Under the pieces are notes generated by a model, which searched no databases, had not been told where the DNA came from, and was given only the letters and a program-made list of their open reading frames with translations. This document shows, in pieces, positions 12,003 through 26,611 of a DNA stretch of 64,000 nt (the stretch's first letter is position 1; the number at the start of each line of letters is the position of its first letter). A program made the position numbers and the translations under genes. The stretch comes from Octopus sinensis (Eukaryota), in the NCBI RefSeq assembly GCF_006345805.1, contig NC_043005.1, positions 46,934,001 through 46,998,000 on the forward strand. Direction: 5' to 3'.

Positions 12003-12512
12003 TTAACATGCTGGCACAATTGTTAGCATCTCTGACAAAATGCTTAGTGGCTTCTCTTCCGGCTCTTTATGCTATGAGTTCAAATGCCACTGAGGTCGAT
12101 TTTGCTCTTCATCGTTCCAGGATCGATATAATAAGTACCATGTAGTCGCCTGTCCTCTCCTCCGCAAATTCCAGACCCCATGCCTAATCCAGAAACAGTT
12201 TATTTGTTCTGCATAAATTCATATGAAAGTTACACTAGTCTAGACTTCAATTTATTGATTTCTTTAATAAATTCCAGCTATTGGAATACATTATATTCTA
12301 TTTTGAAAATTACTAATAACATAATTTATTCTAGTTTAGCACGTCGGGCAAAATGCTTAGCAGCGTTTCGTCCGTCTTTACGATCTGAGTTCAAATTCTG
12401 CCGAGGTTGATTTGCCATTCATTCTTTCAGAGTCGATAAAATAAGTACCAGATGAACACTAATCGATTTCGCCCCTTCCTCAAAATACCTGGCCTTGTGT
12501 CAAACTTTGAAA
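12003..12512 (+). mobile_element. Two SINE family B copies (12003-12200, 12335-12512)
   Basis: gttagca..aaatgcttag..gagttcaaat..gaggtcgattttgc..ttcat..gtcgata..ataagtacca. Confidence 0.8.
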
Positions 12513-13104
12513 TCTAGATTCAGGTTTGGGGTTTTATCTTTTCTTTTCCGTTTTTCTAATATTTGCGATAGAACATATACGACCAAAGAGAATAAATTCT
12601 AATTTCATATATATTTCAAGTCCTTGTCTACACCATATATAATCTGTTTGACCCGTTCAAAATCCGTATTCGTTGATTCTGCTATAGACAATTTGCTTGC
12701 TGTATAAAAGAAAATGCTTTCAGCATTGTTCTTTGACGTCAGGAATTCAAAATTGGTTAGGTTTTCTTCACATTTTTACCGGGTGTATTACATAAATATC
12801 TATTATTGATAATATTAATGTTGCTGTTGTTGATGATGATATTGTTTAACTCAAGCTTGACCAATCCATGAAAAAAATGCGTTCTAGACGTGATCATTCG
12901 TCTTCTATTTAGATATTGCTTAACTAGGAGTGCATATTGTTATGTATCCTGCGTTTAAAATGGTCGAATGTAATTTGATTTTGATGGTCAATTTGATGCT
13001 ATTTCTTGTAGGTCGCATTGGTGAATTCAATCGATTATTTCGGTCCTGAACTGGTAAACGTTCTACCGATTTAAGCTATCAAAGAACTAATCTTAGAAAC
13101 AGTA

Positions 13105-13140
13105 CGAGCAGCAAAACACCAACAACAGCTGTAGCTGCAA

Positions 13141-13177
<37 letters not shown>

Positions 13178-13217
13178 GGTGGTAGTAGTATTGGTGGCAG
13201 TAGTAGTGGTGGTAGTG

Positions 13218-13248
<31 letters not shown>

Positions 13249-13300
13249 TAGTAATGATGATGATGGGGTTGTTGACTATTGTTATGGTGAAGTAGTAGTA
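13105..13300. repeat. Compound trinucleotide repeat (GTA/GTG/GCA/GAT)n
   Basis: Directly visible. Confidence 0.9.
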
Positions 13301-15044
13301 CAGACAACGATTGGTTTGGTAGCTGTGTAATACAATGAAAACAAAACTTATTAATATGACAGACCCATTCCCAATCTCGCAGACGTCGTTTTGACGTAAA
13401 AGTGATCTCCATAAAATAAGCTAAGAGGTTTGTTTTTCATTTTTTTATTCTTGATTCTTCTTTTTTTTTTGTTCTCCCTTCTTAAAAACAGCATTCTTCA
13501 GTAAATAAGTCTTTCAAGAAATATGTACCCCAGAATGAGGTGTATCTTGTGTATTCATCCTTACGTCCGAATTCTATTTCAGAAGGGATCAGTGAATAAT
13601 GTTTTTGACTTTCCCTCTATTTTTCTTTTTTTCCTTTAAATCCGGTGCTACGCTATCTCAACCGTCACCCTGATAATCCCATAACCTCAGCCACTGCCAG
13701 CACAAATCCCCATCTTCACCGTTGCTATAACTGCCGCCAACTTGTCTTACACTCTTTGTTCGCCTAACACCCTCACCGTCTTCTTCTTCGTCTTCTTCTT
13801 CTTCTTCTTCTTCTTCAACACTATTATTGGGAGTAGTGTATAATTTCTGGTCGAATGACTTTTATTGATCCTAGCTGGCATACGTTGACCAAAGCTCTCT
13901 ACTACCATCCTTCTTAGATGTCTGCTAACTCGTTCATTCGGCAAAGAACTGTGTCGTCCATGGCTGCAGGGCTCATCCAAGCACAACGAGCAAGTGATTT
14001 CTTTGGTTCCACTTCAGTGAACCGAATTCCACTTTTTCCCAAAATATTATCCACCTCAGATTTTCTGAGATTTAAGTCTCAAACGGAAGAATCCCTTGTA
14101 GCAGTCTGACGTAATTTGAGTTCTTTCGTTGTTTAAAGCGAAACGCATTGAAAATATATGATAAATTACTTTCTGTTAAATGGTATCCAACAGCAATCCA
14201 ATTAGACTGACAGACCCGATACAAACAAACGAATAGCATTAAGGAAAGAGAAAATAAAAATTATTGTGCTGTACTTGTTTCGCAATTGATTTTAATCGTT
14301 TTAGATAGACGGGAAATAAAAGGAATATATTGATTTCTCTTGGCTAGATACAACATTTCAGATAAGTAAACGAATAAAAATTGGAGTTTTTGACGTTTAT
14401 GCATTTTAAAGACGCCTCATCAGCCGGGAGTAGAGTAAAATAACTTGAACAAGATTTGAAACCAAAGTACACGTATTGTAGATAAAAAGACTTTAAGGTC
14501 CGGGAGAGCCAAATTCACGATATAATAAGTTCGGTTCTAATCGACGCCATTTCAAATATTTTACTTTGATAACGCTACAAACAGACAGCTCACTTAGCAC
14601 CAATATTTTAGGATGGTTGATTATATTTCCTCGGGTATTTGATATATATTTTACTTATTGGGTTACAATATATGAAAAGCTATGTTGAGTTCAATGAGAT
14701 TTGAACTTGCAAAGTATAAAACAAGCGTAACAAAATACTAGAAGTGAATTTGTTAACCACCTACCACGTTCCTACAAATATACAATAAGAATTTTAAAAT
14801 ATGGAATAAAATAAAATAAAATGAATTTCAAACGTTAATTTGCAGTTAATTCAAAACATTGACTATTTGAGCTTCATAAGGGAGAAACGAGGTTTTAGAA
14901 GGGCCTATTATAAATTATGCGAATTAAATTCATACCTTGGTTTCGATCATCGACTGGTGCCGTTTAAGGCATGGTCATTAAAAAATTCCAATATCTTAAT
15001 TATAAAACCTTTCTGCTTTGTGAAAAGAAAAGAAATAATGTTTT

Positions 15045-15195
15045 CTTTTCTAATCTAGGCACAAAACTCGAAATTTTGGGAGAGGGGGGCCAGTCGATTA
15101 GATCGACCCCAGTACACAACTGCTACTTAATTTATCGGAAGGATGAAAGGCAAAGTCGACCTCAGAGGAATATGAACTCAGAACGTAAAGACAGA
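15045..15195 (-). mobile_element. SINE family B, partial
   Basis: ggcacaaaactcgaaattttggg..gtcgattagatcgaccccagt..ggatgaaaggcaaagtcgacctc..gaactcagaacgtaaagac. Confidence 0.8.
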
Positions 15196-15577
15196 TGTAA
15201 AAAGAAAATAATACAAGAATATGTGGCAAACATAGCGGTGGAAAACGAAAATCTGACCAATTTTATTCGGAATGTGGTTTTGAACGCCCCTTGAAACGGG
15301 TTAATTTCTTTTGAAAAGTCATGAACAGTTTAAATACGGAACTTTTATATAAGTCCAAAGTGCCAAGGCATTAGCTTGGCTGAGATATTCAAAGTTCCGA
15401 TTTAAAAATTACGCATTCGATCCCTCTCCGCAGTACTTAAGGGAAGTCACTTTTGCGTTAGCCTCAAGTTAGTTAATGCCTTATCAGTAAAATTTAGTCG
15501 TCATAAACTGCACAGGAGTCTGTCAGATCTCTCTCTCTCTCTCTCTCTCTCTTTGTATGTATGTATGTACGTATATA

Positions 15578-16030
15578 TGGGCGACCAGCAGTCGCCCAGG
15601 CATACCAGCGTTCCCTCTTCACGCCATCGATGTTATCCAAGAGAAAGGCAAAGGCTGATTCAGCTTGGCACCAGTGGCGTCACAACTCATTTCGACACTG
15701 AGTGAACGGGAGCAACGTGAAACAAAGTGATTTGCTCAACAAACCAAAACACAGCCTGGTCCGGGAATCGAACTCACTACCTCATCATTGTGAACCCGAC
15801 GCTCTAGTCACTGAGCCATGCACTTTCACATGGCGATGGGTGGCTGGTATGCATGGGCGACTGCTGGTATTCCATCAACAACGTCACCCGTACTTGTGTC
15901 TCGGAGGGTAGCTTCTAGCTGCAATCCCTTGGTCATTCATAACCGAAGTGGGACGAAGTGTTTTGCTCAAGAACATAACACTCTTACGATTGTGGATGCC
16001 TCAACCTAACCGCCTGGACACGCTCCCTCA
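15578..16030. mobile_element. Rearranged SINE family C (5' part inverted relative to 3' part) plus an adjacent fragment
   Basis: 15578-15830 is the reverse complement of the first ~250 nt of 59672-60005. 15840-15950 is the 3' part in plus orientation. 15952-16030 is another minus-strand head fragment. Confidence 0.8.
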
Positions 16031-17889
16031 CTACACACACACACACACGTATGTGTGTATTTGTGCATGTTTATGTGTTTGTGTATGTATAATTGTATGT
16101 ATGTAGATAGGTGGGTAGGTCGCATAAAATGTAAACATTGTTGGGAAAACAAAAACAAAAACACCCAGCTTCTGCGATATCCCCGCAACTATAATTGTGC
16201 ACATACTCTAGTCTTCATATATGCGGTGACTGACCCGTTGAAAATTTACTCGTAACGTCTATATCTGTAAAATCGGAATGAAATGCTTCCGTCTAGGAAT
16301 CAAACCCAGACTAAGTATTCGATATAATTATTGGACTAAACGTAAGGATAAATAGTTCGAAGAAATGTAATCATATTAAAAACTTAACTCAGACATTAAA
16401 CATGTTTACAATATACTGTATAAGTGATGTCATGAAAACTGGGATTCGCACGTTTTAATAGCTTTATAATCTATTTATTGCGTAGTTGTGCTTGTTTTAA
16501 GAAGTTCCATCACGATACTATAAATGATCTGTTGTCGCTCTCACATTTATTGCATATTAACACTATTGCAGAGGGAAGGAATCGCAACTTCACACTTCTC
16601 CAAAACAAAAATAGGAATCTCGTTTCATACATACATACATACATACATACATACATACATACACACACACGCATACATACACGCACACGCATATATATTC
16701 GCTGAATATAATAAGAATACATTGCATGATGTTCTCGGTAACACATCTCAATACTTGCTTTAGGCATAAACTGTCGGATGTTGTAAGAGTTGAAACCTAT
16801 AGATGAATTTCTATGACACTTCAAACAAATTTCCAATGAATTCAAACAAAACTGATTAAGATGGTATTGGACTTGCCTTTTCAGTTTAATTGTCCTTATG
16901 TTAACAAATTAATACGCTGGAAACCATCAAGAATGTGCTTTACTAATAACGTTCCAATGTTGTAATGTCCTATTGTATGAATCTGCACTGCACTTTCATA
17001 GCGATCATAGCCAACTGTTTAATTGTATCCCAGCAAAACAATATAGAAATTTGACTGAAGGAAGAACATTTCAGTTATGCGAAAGTGTTATTATTTATCA
17101 TTTTTAGAGACTGATTGAAGCTGAAGGACAATTAATATTTGAAATGGAGGTAAATTATCATAGCTTCTCGCCAATATAGAAATATTTCCTTCGTGTTGTT
17201 GAAAATTTTCCATAAAACTAGATATACTTATATTGTTATTCTTAATAAATTGTAAACAACTTCTTTGTATGAAAACAAAAATAATATTTTGCAGGATATC
17301 CGAGCCTGCTGTATTCTTTCTGACCACATTTTCTTAAGGAAATTCCAATTCTTAAAACGCATTAAGCTCCGAAGGAATAATTCTGACAGTTGCACATATA
17401 CAAATGCGCTTTTGTTACCCTTTTGCATTTATTTTTATGTTAGGCATACAAAATATGTTTGGTGGAGACAAAATATAGATTAAATATACATACACGTTTA
17501 TAGAAGGTTTAGTTGTGCCACGATATTGGCACAAAATATTTGATTTGTAAGATATAACATATATTAAGTAAAGACATAACACTTTTCTTTGATTGAAGAT
17601 AATTGAGAGCATACAAGTAAGTTAACATAAGAGTGGAAAATTATACATAAACATATATAGTCACAAACACATATATAAATTCACACATACATGTACTCAC
17701 ATAAGACACGCATACACAGATACACACAGACACGGACACACACAAACACATGTTCGTAATATGCTACATAAAGACTATTAGATTAAAATAGACATCTGCG
17801 TATCATACTTAATGCAAATATATTACAAAAGACGGTATTCGTTTCGAGATAATATCTCGTATGAATTAACTGTGTTTAAAAGCACAAAT

Positions 17890-18002
17890 ATATCAGAATC
17901 AGAAGATATTCGTCCAGCAGCAGTGGTGGAAGGCCAGATGCATGTTTCTGTAAACGCAGCGTTCATCATGTATTAAATTTCTTATTCCACTTTAAAATAT
18001 AT
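17890..18002 (+). pseudogene. Degenerate psq-type HTH (pogo/Tigger-like transposase N-terminus)
   Basis: Translation SEDIRPAAVVEGQMHVSVNAAFIMY*ISYSTLKY resembles the HTH_psq pattern 'A..AV..G.MS...AA..Y.IP.STL'. Confidence 0.45.
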
Positions 18003-18490
18003 CGGTAACATCGTCAAAGGCAGATTCTAATGTGACACGAGAAATCAAACGACACGTCTTCTTCCTAACTCAAACCGTCAGCCACCGTGATTCGAAGATG
18101 GTAAACTTTATGAACATAGCCGTTTTCTTTGTGCTCAATGTCGCGAAGGAGGTAGAAGACCAAAGCTAAGATGTGTCAAACGTGGTCAAAATGAACAACC
18201 TTCGAACGTCATTGAGACGATCGGGCTTTTTCAGCAGCGCCAAGATATCAAACTTGACAAATTTTTCTTAGTTGAGAGACTCAGGCAAGCAGTTATAAAT
18301 GTAGCACTGTCCTCCCATAGATGTGAGATAAATGAGAACGTCATAAATATATCTTGAGAAGGGAGAAGTGCTTGATTATGTGACATTCAAAATTATGTTC
18401 TTGTCAATATCTTCTGATCTTAAATACCACGTACATTTTTTTACACACATATGTCTCTCTCTCTATATATATACACACATCTCTCTCTCC

Positions 18491-18573
<83 letters not shown>

Positions 18574-19057
18574 CAAACATACACACATAATATATATATA
18601 TATATAGTATATATAATAATATAACATAACATAACATCACATTTTATAATATAATATCATGATATATTATATTATGCACAGATATATATGTAGGTGGGTG
18701 TTTATCGCTTGATGTGTTTTCCTCGTATCAATTGCTTCGAAATAAAATATTAAGAAGTGCGAAACTTTCTCATAATTTAGGATTTTATTTTCCGTTTTAG
18801 CTCGTACATTTGATAATACTCTTATTGCAATCACGAAATTAATGAAACATCCTATATTTAGTTATTGATTCTAAGAATTGAGTTGTTGAATTTTTCAGTG
18901 TTATACATAATTAATACTAGTCTATTGATTCGAATTTTCCTAAGGTTTCAATAAATTGTTTTACTCCCTACGTCATCAATAGGCAAAATAAAAAAGACAG
19001 AAATTAAATAGAGAGAGAGAGAGAGAGAGGTGGGAGAGAGAGAGCAGAGAGAGAGAG

Positions 19058-19833
19058 AACTGTCACTCATCGGATACGACGACGAGTTTTTCAGTTGGTC
19101 CGACGAACGGAATACCGTGCTCGTGAAATTGGCGTGCAAGTAACCGAGCACTTCACAGACACATGTAATCTAAGTAGAGACTTCAAACTTGAAATCTTCA
19201 AAGCCACAGTCGAATCAATTCTACTATATGGCTCAGAAACCTGGACGTTATCAAAGAAGCTTGAGAGGCGGTTGGATGGAACCTATACTCACCTCCTTAT
19301 GAGAGCTCAAAATCTCTCGTGGAAGCGCCATCCAACCAAAATGCAAATATATGGGAAACTACCACCTGTGTCATCTCTTGTGAAAGGTAAGAGAGTCCAG
19401 TTTGCTGGACATTGTTGTAGAGCTGAAAAAGAGGTAATTTCTACTCTTCTTCTCTGGAAGCCATCTACTCGCAATACCAGAGGGCGCACACTCTCCTACC
19501 CTGATGTAATCTCCAGGGATACAGGCATTCAGCAACAGGACCTCCGTAATGCCATGATGGACCGTGAAGTCTGGCGTAGCATGGTAAATTCCACTGTCTC
19601 GACCACGGTCGAACAATGATGATGATGATTCTAAACGTAGTTCTCTGGGAGATTTAGCGTGGCACAGAATGGTCCTTTGAACTAGAGGTACAACGCGTGT
19701 TTGTCAGCTGAGTTGACATTAGCAACGTGAAATAAAGCGTCTTGCTCAAGGAAAGAAAGCACTGTCGGGAATCGATCTCTCGACCTTACGATCGTGGATA
19801 AAATACCTCAACTACTATGCCACTCGCGTTCAC
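19058..19833 (-). mobile_element. SINE (family C head/core with a third tail type) split by an RTE insertion
   Basis: 19630-19833 minus: tRNA-like head + cttgagcaagacgctttatttcacgttgct..actcagctg core + ..gagaactacg. It appears to continue at 19166-19058 (tacatgtgtctgtg..cttgcacg..aatttcacgagca..ctcgtcgtcgta). Confidence 0.65.
19167..19629 (+). mobile_element. RTE-clade LINE, 5'-truncated 3' end
   Basis: Open frame NLSRDFKLEIFKATVESILLYGSETWTL..RRLDGTYTHLLMRAQNLSW..QFAGHCCR..LLLWKP..AMMDREVWRSMV (RTE ORF C-terminus). Stop at 19617-19619 followed by a (GAT)n tail. Confidence 0.92.
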
Positions 19834-19964
19834 TCAAGTTTCAAGAAATCCCTCACTTAATTTTTTGATAAAGCCTATGCACTTCTCATGAAGATTTCAT
19901 GTGGAAATAGAAAGATAATTCCTTGCTGTTTTCGTTCAGGATTAACTGACAATATCCGACTTTG

Positions 19965-20285
19965 ACTTCTTTCATTCGTTGGATTACGGTCATACTGGGG
20001 CACCGTCTGGAAGGGTTTAGTCGAACGAATAGATCAGAGAACTTATTCTTATGTCTCTCATTTTAAGTCTCCATCGGTCTCTCTTTCGCCGAACTGCTAA
20101 ATTACAGAGATGCGAACAATGCATCACCGGTTGTCAAGAGACAGCGGGAGATAAACATAACGTAAAGACAGCAACATATGCACAGATGCACACACATGCG
20201 TACACAAAGACGTGCGCGCGCACATATATATAAAATGGGATTCTCCAGTTTCCGTCTTCCAAATCCACTAACAAGGCTTTTAACC
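19965..20285 (-). mobile_element. SINE family A, diverged
   Basis: catactggggcaccg..ttagtcgaacgaat..acttattc..gccgaactgctaa..ggttgtcaag..cagtttccgtcttccaaatccact..caaggcttt. Confidence 0.8.
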
Positions 20286-20680
20286 TGAAGCTTTCCCCGG
20301 ACTATTTACTATTTATCAGGACTTCATCTTGCTGGCTAGTTTCAAACAAGTTCGCCACTCATGTCTACACGCCACAGACCGTACGCAAATGAAACAGATA
20401 CCGTGAAACAGTTTGTCCAACGCTCTAACGATTTTGCCTTTCAGCCATTTTGTTGTGCTACGCTAAGAGAAACGGATGGCAGTCAAAATTCGTCGCTGTC
20501 ATGATTTGAACTCAGTACGTAAAGAGCTGGAAAAATATTGCAAGATGGTTTAACCTGTTGTTCTAAAGATTCTGTCACTCTCCCACCCTTGTCGATAAAT
20601 GCCGGTTTGTTCTTCTGAATGTCCACCAACGTCTGTGTTTCTGAAAAGCATTCAAAACTCGAAAATTAGTTTCATTACAT

Positions 20681-20912
20681 CTATTTCATTACAGCTCACA
20701 GGAGCTAAACACAGAGGGGGACAAGCAAGGACAGACAAACGGATTAAGTCGATTATATCGACCCCAGTGCGTGACTGGTACTTAATTTATCGACCTCGAA
20801 AGGATGAAAAGCAAAGTCGACCTCGGCGGAATTTGAACCCAGAACGTAACGGCAGACGAAATACTGCTAAGCATTTCGCCTGGCGTGCTAACGTTTCGGC
20901 CTGCTCGGCGCC
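20681..20912 (-). mobile_element. SINE family B, full length, long-tail variant
   Basis: Near-identical to 41344-41577. Central domain GACTTTGCTTTTCATCCTTTCGAGGTCGATAAATTAAGTACCAG resembles the Meta-SINE/Sauria-SINE domain as recalled. Confidence 0.9.
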
Positions 20913-21665
20913 TTCATTAGTTGCATTATATCACCTGTTGATGAACGTTACAGACGTGCTTACATGTATTTAATTCTTGCCATGTTATTTAGATGATAAC
21001 GATAATGGGTACTTCAATGGGAAATAAATAGAAATGCTGTATATGTGTGTGTGTGAGTGTGTGGGTGTAGTCTAGAAAAATACAAGAGACAGTACATTCT
21101 CTTTTTAGTTTCTGGTTGTCGGTTGTTTGTTTCTGACTGAGCACCGGATAACAGCGAGTTACTAACTTTAACTATGGTTAATACATATATAGCCTATGCA
21201 TAAATTGTATATATCTTCTGATGTATGCAAAAGCTGAAGTACTTTCATCACATGTAAAACGTTAAACTTTTTCTGAACTTTTCCGGGACACCGGTTCTCA
21301 TCTATCCACCTCCCCCCCCCCCACACAAACGCACACAAACACACACATTCGCCCCCCCACACACACACACATACATATCCTAGTTTCGGCTCAATAGCTT
21401 ACAGTCATACTGGGTACCGTCGTTTATATAAGTATATAAATAAATATATAGGAATATGTGTGTACGTGTGTGTGTGTGTTTGTAAGTATGTGTGTATAAA
21501 CATGCACATACACACGTATAATCATAAAAATGTTTTTGTATACCCATTACATATTTATATTTATATGTATAAATATATATTTATGCATACATATATATGT
21601 ATACATTACATACATTCACACACATATATATAAATATATATATATATACATACATACATACATGC

Positions 21666-21712
<47 letters not shown>

Positions 21713-24700
21713 TATATTAATATATATATGTGTCAAAAGAGAGACAGAGGATAAAGAAAAAAGTCCGAGATAGCATGAATATCCGATTTAATTTGCCCTC
21801 AGGGAATTTGAAATAGTTTCAGCAAGAATTTCTCTTGATTAAAAGAAGAAAGGAAGATAAAGAATAAAGGAAAAAAAAAACCCTTTAACCTCAAAATTTT
21901 TATTGAAACATTCTTTTTGCACCACAAAAAGCTAATATTTTGTAGACGAATATAATTTCGTGCATGAAATGAAAGCAATTCACCTTTCTCTGATACCGCT
22001 GCATATATATATATACATACATACAGAGAGAGAAAGACACATAGATATATACATACATACATATATATAAATGTATGTGTGTGTTTATGTCTGCCTGTGT
22101 GTAACAGACATAATTGAAGCCTAACTACTCTTTTGTGAGAGTATCACACTATCTGAACCCGGATTAGACACATATATTTTAGATTATGTTTTATGATTGA
22201 GCGTATAAACAAATCTCTTACAAACTTGAGAATATTTGCACTTTTTTCTTTGTTGACGCAAAGCTGCATAAACACAGACACGCACACATACACACGCCGC
22301 CCACTTCATACACACTGCCCACCTCACACACACTGCCCACCACATACACACACGCACATATATATATATATATACACACATACACACATTGATACATTTA
22401 TATATAAGTCACTGTATCCGTATATATTTTTGTCCAGTATGTGTGAGTGTGCATATATTTTATGCTTGTAAAAGTTCATGTATATACGTAGGCATAAGCA
22501 CAGATTTTTCCCATGTGAGTTCGTTATGGTAATAATCTAAACTAAAGTAGTCACTAAATGTCTCCTTACTAATAGTTACTCAGTTCCTACGTGTCTAGAA
22601 CGTTTAAGTCTCCTCATGAATATGTTGCTTTTTCGCTTTTTATACGCAAATACTAACCATAAAATAGATTCTACAGAAAAAAAAGTCAAAAGGCTGATTT
22701 TATACCAAACAATAATTGTTTCTTTTGTCGTAAGAAAAGCAAAAATTGTGTTACAAACATCAGTCTATTTTCGTGTTTTATGATGATTGTTTCCAGATAA
22801 AACATCCAGAAAACTCCATTTTGTTTTTTTTTCTTTTTTGTGCACACTCTTAGAAGCAAAAAGGCAATACTATACAGCGAGAAAATGCTCATTGTAAATA
22901 TTTTCCTATTTTGCGTTTCTTTTTCTTTCCGCCGATTCCTTCTCACCTCCACAGATACATTTTATTCGGAATGCTTCACTCGCAGGATACCCATTAATTT
23001 TTGTACGATAAATTATATGCTACAACATTGACTCCGTTGCCATATTTTGACAGACAAGTTAGCCGACTATTTGTTTGTTGGCTGAATAGAGATGACCGGT
23101 TGTTAAATAAGAAATCTGAAAGTTCCTTCTCCTCACGAAACATCTACGTTTTCCTGAATCCTTAGAAAACAACATTATTTAACGGTGATTCTAGAATTTT
23201 GCCGATGGACATATTTTCATCCAATAACTGGACATGTTAGTATAGGGAGTGCTGAAAGCGACACGGTCAGAAAAAATACTAGCCTAAATTCTAAATCAAA
23301 ACTTATCGAAACTTGTAAGAAACTGGAACAATCATTAGGATGAGACGGACACAAGAAGACAGTAAATACATGTGAAGTATACAAGTGCTGTATCGGTGTT
23401 TCCTAGTGAAAGGTTGGTAGGTGAGATAAACATCACATTGATATGAGAGAAATATAGAGGGTGGTGGTGTAGAGACTGAGGTGAAGGTAAAGAAAGAAAA
23501 CAGAATGAAACAGAAAAGAAGATAAAGAACTAGACATTAAGAGAAAAATAAATATACAGAAAGATGTGGAGATAAAATAAACAGAAAGTGAACCGGAATG
23601 ATTACCGGGGAAAGAATAAAGAAAAAGAAGCTGATAATAACATCGATGGGAGGCTCCAAGTGAGAAGATATTTCCTTGTTATTCGCAAATAATGCCGGTT
23701 TGAAGAAAGTGTGATTAGAAGAAAAGTGTGTTATTATAGCCTGCGGCAGTACTAATACAGCAGTCTCATTACACCGGTCAGAAACAACATGTTAACACTA
23801 GAAATGATGATAAACATATTGGGTCTCAGTAGTGCATGGCCTAATGTTTTCTACCAGCAAGCGACTAACTACTAGCATGAAATCGGTACTTCCAGAAAGG
23901 AAGGAGTCGATATTTTACTCTTGGTTTTGTTATTCTTTTATTTCTCTTTCTAGTTGACCGGATCTTGAACAATACATCGAAACATCTAGAGGAAATTACT
24001 TTTCTATTTCCTCTACACCACTATTTCCTTTTTTGCCTTTCTTTCTTTTCTGAATGTAATTTAAAACGAATTTGACACTCATTTTCCTGTTTTTCTTCAA
24101 TGGTGTTTTTAATTTGAATTCGAAATGTCTGCCTCGGTCAACAAAATCTGCTTGCGGAAGCGGTACAAGTCAGACTAAGAGGAGGATGTTCGGCACCAGC
24201 TGTAGTAGTGTATCCAATTGATCACTCTGATCAGTGTCTTAGGACAACAGCAACAAAATACTTTCAATACTATTTATTTAGAACCTATATCTTTCATCAT
24301 ACATTAACGTAACATGTCTCACGCGTGACAACTGCTAAAACAATACTTAAACAAATGGAATAGCAACATTAAAAAGAGGAAAATGCTTGAAAATCAGCGT
24401 CATAAATTAAATTCAATAACAGTGGCAATAATAATGATGATAAGAATGAATATTAATATAGGTATAAAGGCCACATATTGTAGTAGAGGTGTTTTGTCTT
24501 TTATATCGATTTCAGTCTCCGACTCGTTCTTGATTTTATCGACCGGTGTATACGGAAATCACAACATAAAGTGACGTAACTAAACGTTGTTTACAAATTC
24601 ATCCTGTATCATTTTTGCTTCTACTATCCGCATAACGAGCTTCACGAAACGTAAAATATTAGATACTTACAAAAATAGATAATAAAGGTACTCACAAGGA

Positions 24701-25979
24701 GTAAAATGACAACTCATATAGGATCAGGCACAATTGACCTGGACTACTTTTCACTCTAAACAATTGTTCTATCATGCCTTCAACCCCCCCCCCTGCAGCA
24801 TCCAAGGACTCTTCTGCTCACGCATTCGAGGTGCGTCACATTAAATTCACCTCTAGGTAGCGTTCCCTTCAAGAAGAAATTGAAAAATTTAAGAGATTTA
24901 CCATAATTTCCTTCGTCTTATAAGATCCAGACAGTAGAAAATCCATATATTTATGTCTTTATCTATATGTATCTTTTACATACATACATGCATAGATACA
25001 CATACGCACATACATGCTTCTGAGTGCGGGTCTAAGTGTGTGTGTGTGTGTGTGTGTTTGCGTGTGGTAACGGAATCGTAGGATTTACGATCCGGCAGAA
25101 AAAAGTCTAACATTTTAAAATAATTGTTAAGAAGCAGACTCCGCGAACCTGAGGTTTCAGGTCTGTAACACTTCGCAGTACCTTTGACAAATGTCTTTCC
25201 AACATTACATTGTGTCGATTCATGGGTCAGAAATGAAATTATGTGGATAGAAACTGTGCGGAATCTGGTCGGATGAATTGTGCGTATTGCTCAAATTCCC
25301 AGTCTTCTTTGTCATAATGTTATTACGTTAAGATTACACCCGTCAATTTCTGCCTGTCGATGTTTGTTACTATCTTACTGCCTACGTCAAAGAAACTTTG
25401 CATATATGTTAAACTAACATCTGGTTTAATAATAGACTGATTGGATTCCAATAAATATCTATAATGGGGTGTGGGCTATTATTTCATAAAATGAGAATTA
25501 TGCAAATAGTGTTAGTGCGAGGGAAATGTGATGGCATAGTTAGTGTCGCTGATATCAGGAAAGGGGAGAAAAGCTTTGTATAAGCGACAAATATGGAGTG
25601 GCAGAGGGATGATAGCGTTAATACAGCTGTCGTTCACGTATATATACGCGAAACTGCATAATATGCTTTCATAAATACATAGATACATGCATACACACTC
25701 AGACACACACACATAAACACACATGCACATGCACATAATTAACTTTTAAAATCCTGAAGAATGGAAAGAAAGTAGAGAGGGGTGGGCGGCTATTCCATCG
25801 CAAAGAAACATTGACACACAGTCATACGCGCTCACATACAAACATATATATACATACGTATATACATACATATGTCTACTTTACACCATTTTGAACTCGC
25901 AATTAGCTATGTGTAAATTTGTAAATGTGTGTGTGTGCGTGTACGTGTGTGTGTGCGTGCATGCGTCCGTGTGCGTGCC

Positions 25980-26521
25980 TCTCTATAACTGTCTGCCTCT
26001 CTACTTTTGTAGGCTCTTCCCTGTTGCTGTCACATATTGTGAAATTCTGGTATATTAATATGATTTTTCGCGATAAATCCGATTTTGTCATCTATTTGAT
26101 CCAGAAGAATTTCAGAAAAACGTTACCGAGGTTTAAAGTTTAATCAATTTTACCTAATCAGAAAACAGGATTTGAAAGCTGGCATTTTCTGCACTTTAGC
26201 TGTCTGTCACAAAATGAAAGCAAATGCAAGGAAAAATTTTTATTACAAAAGCAAAGCATTAAAACCACCAAAGTTGTAAGAACTGCTGAAGTTTTTTAAG
26301 TTTTAATGAATTAAGTCATGTGAAATGGTCGAAAAGACATGTAAATAATTTAAAAACGAAAAAATTCTCAACGAAGTTTTTGTGCGAAAACTTTGCAAAT
26401 GTCTGTCATGTTCAAGAGGCCTATCTGTCGAGGAAAGCATGGTCTGACATGGAATAAACAAAAAATTATTTCAGACATTCTATTTTGAAAATTGCCCAGT
26501 AAAGACGGATTATTCAACTAG
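25980..26521 (+). mobile_element. Helitron-like non-autonomous element (3' end supported, 5' boundary approximate)
   Basis: Ends gcccagtaaagacggattattcaaCTAG|T (imperfect hairpin, then CTAG at 26518-26521). Confidence 0.45.
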
Positions 26522-26535
26522 TATATGTATGCATG

Positions 26536-26604
<69 letters not shown>

Positions 26605-26611
<7 letters not shown>

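Noticed and set aside
13071-13412. His/Tyr/Cys-rich ORF
   Set aside because: Derived from a compound trinucleotide microsatellite.
16200-16290. Candidate minus-strand coding exon after 'ttttacag'
   Set aside because: Stops in all frames before the better donor; no recognisable protein.
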